Below are positions 57,290 through 64,000 of a DNA stretch of 64,000 nucleotides, piece after piece. Position numbers and translations under genes: made by a program. Origin of the DNA: an uncultured Myxococcales bacterium (GTDB taxonomy: Bacteria; Myxococcota_A; Polyangia; Fen-1088); NCBI GenBank assembly GCA_964443975.1, contig CAYUFS010000024.1, positions 4,450-68,449 on the forward strand. The letters are read 5' to 3'. A model generated the notes under the pieces. It had not been told where the DNA came from, made no database searches, and was given only the letters and a program-made list of their open reading frames with translations. Within the stretch, counting starts at the first letter, position 1; each line of letters starts with the position of its first letter.

Positions 57290-59458
57290 ATGGAGACGAA
57301 GACGGCGTTCATGACGGCGGGCGGGATCGGCATCGCCCGCACCACCATCGACCTTCCCTACGGCGACGCGACGGCGCCGGTGCTGGATGCGCTCGATGCC
57401 CGTCGCGGGATGCTGCTGGGATCGTCCTACGAGTATCCCGGGCGCTACGCGCGTTACGACGTCGCGTTCGTCGACCCGCCCGTGTGCATCGAGGTGCGCG
57501 GTCGGGAGACGCGGGTGACGGCGCTGAACGAGCGCGGGAGGGTGCTGCTCGCGCCGATCGCCGAGGCGCTGCGCGCCACACCCGCGGTCGCCGAGATGGC
57601 GGACGAGGACGCGGGGCGCGACGGCGCCGCCATCACGGCCCACCTGGTCGCGGCAGCGCGCGACTTCGCCGAGGAGGACCGGAGCAAGCAGCCGAGCGTG
57701 TTCTCGTTGCTGCGCGCCATCGCGGCGCTGTTCGCGTCGGACGACCCTCACCTCGGTCTCTATGGCGCGTTCGGCTACGACCTGGCCTTGCAGTTCGAGG
57801 CGCTGCAGGTGAAGGCGCCGCGTCCGGCCGGGGCGCGTGACCTGGTGCTGTACCTGCCTGACGACCTGGTGCTCGTGGATCATCGCCGCGAGGTCGCGCA
57901 GCGCGTCCGCTACGAGTTCACGCACGGGGGTCGCAGCACGATGGGGCTGCCGCCGCCCGCACCGCCGTCGCCGACGCCGACGCCGCCATCGACGTCGCCA
58001 TCCTCCTCGGCGCCACGAGGAGAGGCGAGCCGGCCGCCGGCGGGGGCCTTCGCTCGCATCGTGCGCAGCGCGAAGGAGAGCTTCCGGCGCGGCGACCTCT
58101 TCGAGGTCACGCCGAGCTACACCATGCGCGAGCCGTGCACCGCCCCGCCGAGCGAGCTCTACCGGCGCCTCCGCGCCCGCAATCCCGCGCCGTACGGGTT
58201 TCTCATGAACCTGGGCGCCGGTGAGCACCTGGTCGGTGCGTCGCCCGAGATGTACGTGCGCGTGCAAGGAGACAGGGTCGAGACCTGCCCCATCGCCGGC
58301 ACCATCGCCCGCGGCGCGAACCCGCTCGGCGACGCCGCGCAGATCCGTCGCCTGCTCGAGTCGCGCAAGGACGAGGCCGAGCTGACGATGTGCACCGACG
58401 TCGACCGCAACGACAAGTCACGCATCTGCGTCCCGGGGAGCGTGCGCGTGCTCGGCCGACGCCAGATCGAGCTCTACTCGCGTCTCATCCACACCGTCGA
58501 TCACGTCGAGGGGAGGCTCGGCCCCGGGTACGACGCCATCGACGCGTTCTTGACCCACGCGTGGGCGGTGACGGTGACGGGGGCGCCGAAGATCGCCGCC
58601 ATGCAGTTCATCGAGGACCACGAGGCGGATTCGCGGCGCTGGTATGGCGGCGCCGTGGGGCGCCTCGGCTTCAACGGCCAGCTCTCGACCGGCATCACGC
58701 TGCGCACCCTTCGCATCCAGGACGGCGTCGCCGAGGTGCGCGTCGGGGCGACGTTGCTCCATGACTCCGACCCCGACGAGGAGGAGCGCGAGACCGAGCT
58801 CAAGGCCTCGGCGTTGCTCGACGCGCTCCGCAGGCCGCTCGGGTCAGCCGCGCCCCCGCCCGTCCGCGAGGTCGGCGGCGCGCGGCCCAGGGTCCTCGTC
58901 GTTGATCACGCCGATTCGTTCGTGCACACGCTCGGTTGCTACTTTCGCCAGGCCGGCGCTGACGTCGTCACCCGCCGCGCCCCGCTCGCGCCGGGCGTCC
59001 TCGACGAGCTTCGACCGCAGCTGCTGGTGCTGTCGCCGGGCCCCGGGCGACCGGCCGACTTCGGGATGTCAGCGCTGCTCGACGCCACCCTCGCTCGCGG
59101 CCTCGCCGTGTTCGGCGTGTGCCTGGGGCTGCAGGGCCTCGTCGAGCACTTCGGTGGCCGGCTGCATGTCCTCCCGGAGCCCGTGCACGGCAAGCCGTCG
59201 GTGATCCAGGCCCGCGGCGGGCGCTTGTTCCGCGGCCTCCCCGCGCGCTTCCAGGCCGGGCGCTACCACTCTCTTTACGTGAAGACCCCGGAGCTCCCGC
59301 CGGTCCTGGAGGTCAGGGCCGAGACCGACGACGGCATCGTCATGGCCGTCGAGCACCGCACCTTGCCGCTGTCGGCGGTCCAGTTCCACCCCGAATCGAT
59401 CATGACCAGCCACGACGACCTGGGCCTGAAGCTGGTCGCGAACGCGCTTCGCCTGTAG
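57290..59458 (+). CDS. trpE: anthranilate synthase, fused component I-II, TrpE(G) of the Rhizobium/Azospirillum type
   Basis: GAAGGAGG RBS. N-terminal ...GSSYEYPGRYARYDVAFVDPP... matches the rhizobial TrpE(G) N-terminus. Chorismate-binding core. The C-terminus is a class I glutamine amidotransferase (GVCLGLQ catalytic Cys, ...HPES). Confidence 0.85.
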   Translation: METKTAFMTAGGIGIARTTIDLPYGDATAPVLDALDARRGMLLGSSYEYPGRYARYDVAFVDPPVCIEVRGRETRVTALNERGRVLLAPIAEALRATPAVAEMADEDAGRDGAAITAHLVAAARDFAEEDRSKQPSVFSLLRAIAALFASDDPHLGLYGAFGYDLALQFEALQVKAPRPAGARDLVLYLPDDLVLVDHRREVAQRVRYEFTHGGRSTMGLPPPAPPSPTPTPPSTSPSSSAPRGEASRPPAGAFARIVRSAKESFRRGDLFEVTPSYTMREPCTAPPSELYRRLRARNPAPYGFLMNLGAGEHLVGASPEMYVRVQGDRVETCPIAGTIARGANPLGDAAQIRRLLESRKDEAELTMCTDVDRNDKSRICVPGSVRVLGRRQIELYSRLIHTVDHVEGRLGPGYDAIDAFLTHAWAVTVTGAPKIAAMQFIEDHEADSRRWYGGAVGRLGFNGQLSTGITLRTLRIQDGVAEVRVGATLLHDSDPDEEERETELKASALLDALRRPLGSAAPPPVREVGGARPRVLVVDHADSFVHTLGCYFRQAGADVVTRRAPLAPGVLDELRPQLLVLSPGPGRPADFGMSALLDATLARGLAVFGVCLGLQGLVEHFGGRLHVLPEPVHGKPSVIQARGGRLFRGLPARFQAGRYHSLYVKTPELPPVLEVRAETDDGIVMAVEHRTLPLSAVQFHPESIMTSHDDLGLKLVANALRL

Positions 59459-59510
59459 GAAAGATCCAATCTTTCATGGCGTTGGGGCAAACACGCCGTA
59501 TGGTGACCCG

Positions 59511-59708
59511 ATGAGCTCGCTCGTCTGGCTGGGTGGCGCGGTCGTGCTGGTCGTGATCGCGACGCTGGCCGGCCTCGATCCGAAGGGCGGCAAGCCAATC
59601 GAGCACACGCGGCTGATGGGGTCCGCCCGAAAGATCCTGATCGCCGCGGCGGGCCTGTGCGGCGTGGTCGCCGTCGTCGGCGCGCTTCTGCGCAGGCTGT
59701 CTCATTGA
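59511..59708 (+). CDS. small membrane protein (2 TM), hypothetical
   Basis: 65 aa with two hydrophobic helices (LGGAVVLVVIATLAGL and ILIAAAGLCGVVAVVGALL), 50 nt after trpE(G). Confidence 0.4.
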   Translation: MSSLVWLGGAVVLVVIATLAGLDPKGGKPIEHTRLMGSARKILIAAAGLCGVVAVVGALLRRLSH

Positions 59709-59743
59709 GACGCCTCCACCGCCTGGGCGAATGAGAGCGGCGC

Positions 59744-60505
59744 GTGACCTACTGTGTCGGCATGCTGGTCAACGATGGGCTCGTCCTGGCCTCGGACTCG
59801 CGAACGAACGCGGGGGTCGACAACTTCGCGAAGTTCTGCAAGATGACGGCGTTCGAGCGGGTCGGGGATCGGGTGATGGTGCTGCTGAGCTCGGGCAACC
59901 TGGCCGGAACCCAGGCGGTCGTCAGCGTGCTGAAGCAGCGCTGTGAGGCGGCCGCGGGCGCGGCCACCCTGTGGACGGCGAAGACGATGTTCGACGCCGC
60001 GGGGCTCGTCGCCGACGCCATGCGCGACATCGAACGGCGCGACGGGCCGGCGCTGGAGGGCGGCCCCATCACGTTCAACGCGTCCTTCATCCTGGGGGGC
60101 CAGCTGAAGGGCGAGCGTCCCAGGCTCTTCCGCATATACGCGGAAGGCAACTTCATCGAGGCGGGAGATGACACGCCCTTCCTGCAGACCGGTGAGGCGA
60201 AATACGGGAAGCCCATCATCGACCGCGTGCTCACGCCCACCACCACACTCGCGGACGCGACGAAGTGCACGCTCGTGTCCTTCGACTCCACCATGCGCAG
60301 CAACCTCTCGGTGGGCATGCCCATCGACCTCATTTGCTACCAGCGGGACAGTCTGAAGATCGCGATGCGCCGTCGCTTCGAGGCAGGCGATGCGTACTTC
60401 GCGGGGTTGAGCTCCAAGTGGAGCGACGGTGTCCGGAGGGTGTTTCGCGAGCTGCCCGAGCTCGACTGGTCGCCGCCCCCCTCCGCGGCGGCCGTCACCA
60501 CCTGA
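59744..60505 (+). CDS. Anbu-type proteasome-like Ntn-hydrolase (peptidase T1 family)
   Basis: The N-terminus MTYCVGMLVNDGLVLASDSRTNAG has Thr2 as the nucleophile after Met removal. About 250 aa. Confidence 0.7.
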   Translation: MTYCVGMLVNDGLVLASDSRTNAGVDNFAKFCKMTAFERVGDRVMVLLSSGNLAGTQAVVSVLKQRCEAAAGAATLWTAKTMFDAAGLVADAMRDIERRDGPALEGGPITFNASFILGGQLKGERPRLFRIYAEGNFIEAGDDTPFLQTGEAKYGKPIIDRVLTPTTTLADATKCTLVSFDSTMRSNLSVGMPIDLICYQRDSLKIAMRRRFEAGDAYFAGLSSKWSDGVRRVFRELPELDWSPPPSAAAVTT

Positions 60506-60527
60506 GCGCCCCCAAGCCGGGCGGCGC

Positions 60528-61979
60528 CTACTCGCGCCCGTCGCCGGCCGGAGGCCGGTAACCGAGGAAGCGCCGCGCCTTGATCATGCGGGCGACCTCT
60601 TCGGGGACCATGGCCTCCCAGGTGGGGTCGGCGCTGCGGATCTTGGCCACGACATCGCGCGAGAAGATGCGCAGACACTCGGTGTTGAAGCTGTCGAGCG
60701 GCCTGATGAAGCCGCCGTCGACCAGATGGCCGTAGAGCTTGCGCAGCGCCGGCGCCACCTGCAGCGTCTCCACCGTGACGACGTCACCGGCCTTTTCGAG
60801 CAGCGGATACACGTACAGGCGCAGATCGTTCTTGAACAGGCGGCCAAACGACTCCAGGATGCCGCCCTCCAGGCCCACGTAGTACTTCTCCTCGAACAGC
60901 TCGCGAAGGCTCGGGACGCCCATCGTCAACGCGATCTTCATCTTGGTGTAGCGCCCGAGGTAAGCGGCCAGCCGGTAGTACTCGAAGTAGTCGGAGATGA
61001 GCACGGTCTTGCCGAGCGCCGCCAGCATGTCGGCGCGCGCGAGGAAGTCTCGCCGGTCGACCACGCCCCCCGCGTCGCTCAGGTTGCGGGTGGTCAGCTC
61101 CATCAGCTCGACGATCTCGCCGCCCGCCTCGCCGTCGCTGTGGCTCGCGAGATCGCGGGCGAAGCCAGCCCGCGCACAGTTCAACATGTCGATGTGCACG
61201 TGGCAGACCGGGCGGAAGCTGCCGCGCTCGACCAGGACGTTCTTCTTGTACAGCACCTCGGACGGCTGCAGCACTGTCCCGCGCGGGTCGAACATCGCCG
61301 CGCCCGACAGCCCCACCTGCACGAGCTTCAGGCTCATCAGGCGGTTGTCGACCTGGCGGAACTCGATCCCCGAAAATTCGATCATGTCGATCTCGATCCG
61401 GTGCGTGGTCAGGCCGTCCAGCAGCGACTCGATCAACAGCTCGGGCTCGTTGCTGAGGAAGAAGGCCCCGTGCAGCAAGTTGACGCCCACGATGCCGAGC
61501 GCCTCCTGCTGCAGGGCGTTCTCGCTGTCGAGCATGCGGACGTGGATGGTGATCTGGCTGTCCTGGTCGCGCGGCCGCGACTGGAACTTCACCCCCATCC
61601 ACCCGTGGCACTCGTTCGAGCCGCGGTAGCTCCGGGCCGACACCGTGTCGGCGAAGGCGAAGAACGCCGTGGACTCGCCGCGCGACTCGGCGAGTCGCGT
61701 CAGGTTCAGCCCATGCTCGTGGTCGAGCATCGACTGCAGTCGCGGCCGGCAGACGTATCGCTCCGCCTTGCCATAGATGGCGTCGCTCACCGCCATGTCG
61801 TAGGCGGACATACTCTTGGCGATGGTGGAAGAGGCGCCCCGGGCGCGGAAGAACCACCGGACCACCTCCTGGCCCGCACCGATCTCGGCGAACGTGCCGT
61901 ACCGCCGCGCGTCCTGGTTGATCTCCAGCGCCTTGGTGTGGGTGTCTACGGTGCGGTCCTGGGTCTTCGAGAGGATCAT
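60528..61979 (-). CDS. conserved hypothetical cytoplasmic protein, 483 aa, family not recognised by eye
   Basis: Long ORF with balanced, non-Arg-biased composition. The opposite-strand ORFs are Arg/Ala artefacts. Divergent from the kinase gene with 38 bp between starts. Confidence 0.6.
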   Translation of the reverse strand: MILSKTQDRTVDTHTKALEINQDARRYGTFAEIGAGQEVVRWFFRARGASSTIAKSMSAYDMAVSDAIYGKAERYVCRPRLQSMLDHEHGLNLTRLAESRGESTAFFAFADTVSARSYRGSNECHGWMGVKFQSRPRDQDSQITIHVRMLDSENALQQEALGIVGVNLLHGAFFLSNEPELLIESLLDGLTTHRIEIDMIEFSGIEFRQVDNRLMSLKLVQVGLSGAAMFDPRGTVLQPSEVLYKKNVLVERGSFRPVCHVHIDMLNCARAGFARDLASHSDGEAGGEIVELMELTTRNLSDAGGVVDRRDFLARADMLAALGKTVLISDYFEYYRLAAYLGRYTKMKIALTMGVPSLRELFEEKYYVGLEGGILESFGRLFKNDLRLYVYPLLEKAGDVVTVETLQVAPALRKLYGHLVDGGFIRPLDSFNTECLRIFSRDVVAKIRSADPTWEAMVPEEVARMIKARRFLGYRPPAGDGRE

Positions 61980-62017
61980 GACACCCCATCCTCACACCGC
62001 CCCACCTTTCGCTCAAT

Positions 62018-64000
<1,983 letters not shown>

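Overview
This is a 64 kb window of about 70% GC with the dense overlapping-ORF noise typical of Myxococcota-like genomes. I chose real genes by composition, since Arg/Ala/Pro-runaway frames are antisense artefacts, and by recognisable motifs. Nothing was run against a database, so every family assignment is by eye and needs confirming.

The window is mainly accessory cell-envelope and secreted functions. Several secreted proteins share one layout: lipoprotein signal peptide, then a Gly/Thr/Ser-rich linker, then a globular domain. These include an RCC1 beta-propeller, a roughly 1190 aa YVTN-propeller protein with a MopE-like Cys motif, GH43 and clan GH-A glycoside hydrolases, an esterase, tandem DUF1566 proteins and a beta-helix protein. 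A DUF1552 / DUF1592-family (PSCyt-like, CXXCH) pair sits between the two glycoside hydrolases.

Other recognisable genes include:
- three type II toxin-antitoxin pairs: two VapBC and one DUF1778/GNAT
- a LemA/TPM/TPM triad
- a CpxP-like gene followed by an OmpR-type regulator and a histidine kinase
- a P450, GST, RNase HII, MarC, MFS, FKBP and TspO
- an Fbp-like ABC importer
- a Rhizobium-type fused TrpE(G), preceded by a candidate Trp-Trp-Trp leader peptide, which I think is a previously unnoticed attenuator
- an Anbu proteasome-like protein
- a Ser/Thr kinase with a TPR-like tail, running off the window end

Mobile-element scars: two directly repeated integrase 3'-end fragments bracket one cargo gene at 1-3 kb, a DUF4143 ATPase relic and a PP2C fragment lie at 19.7-20.7 kb, and an island of about 50% GC at 43.9-47.2 kb carries a beta-helix protein.

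A separate pattern is that three genes lack a canonical in-frame start codon for their predicted signal peptide: GH43, the membrane TPM and the lipoprotein at 31.7 kb.
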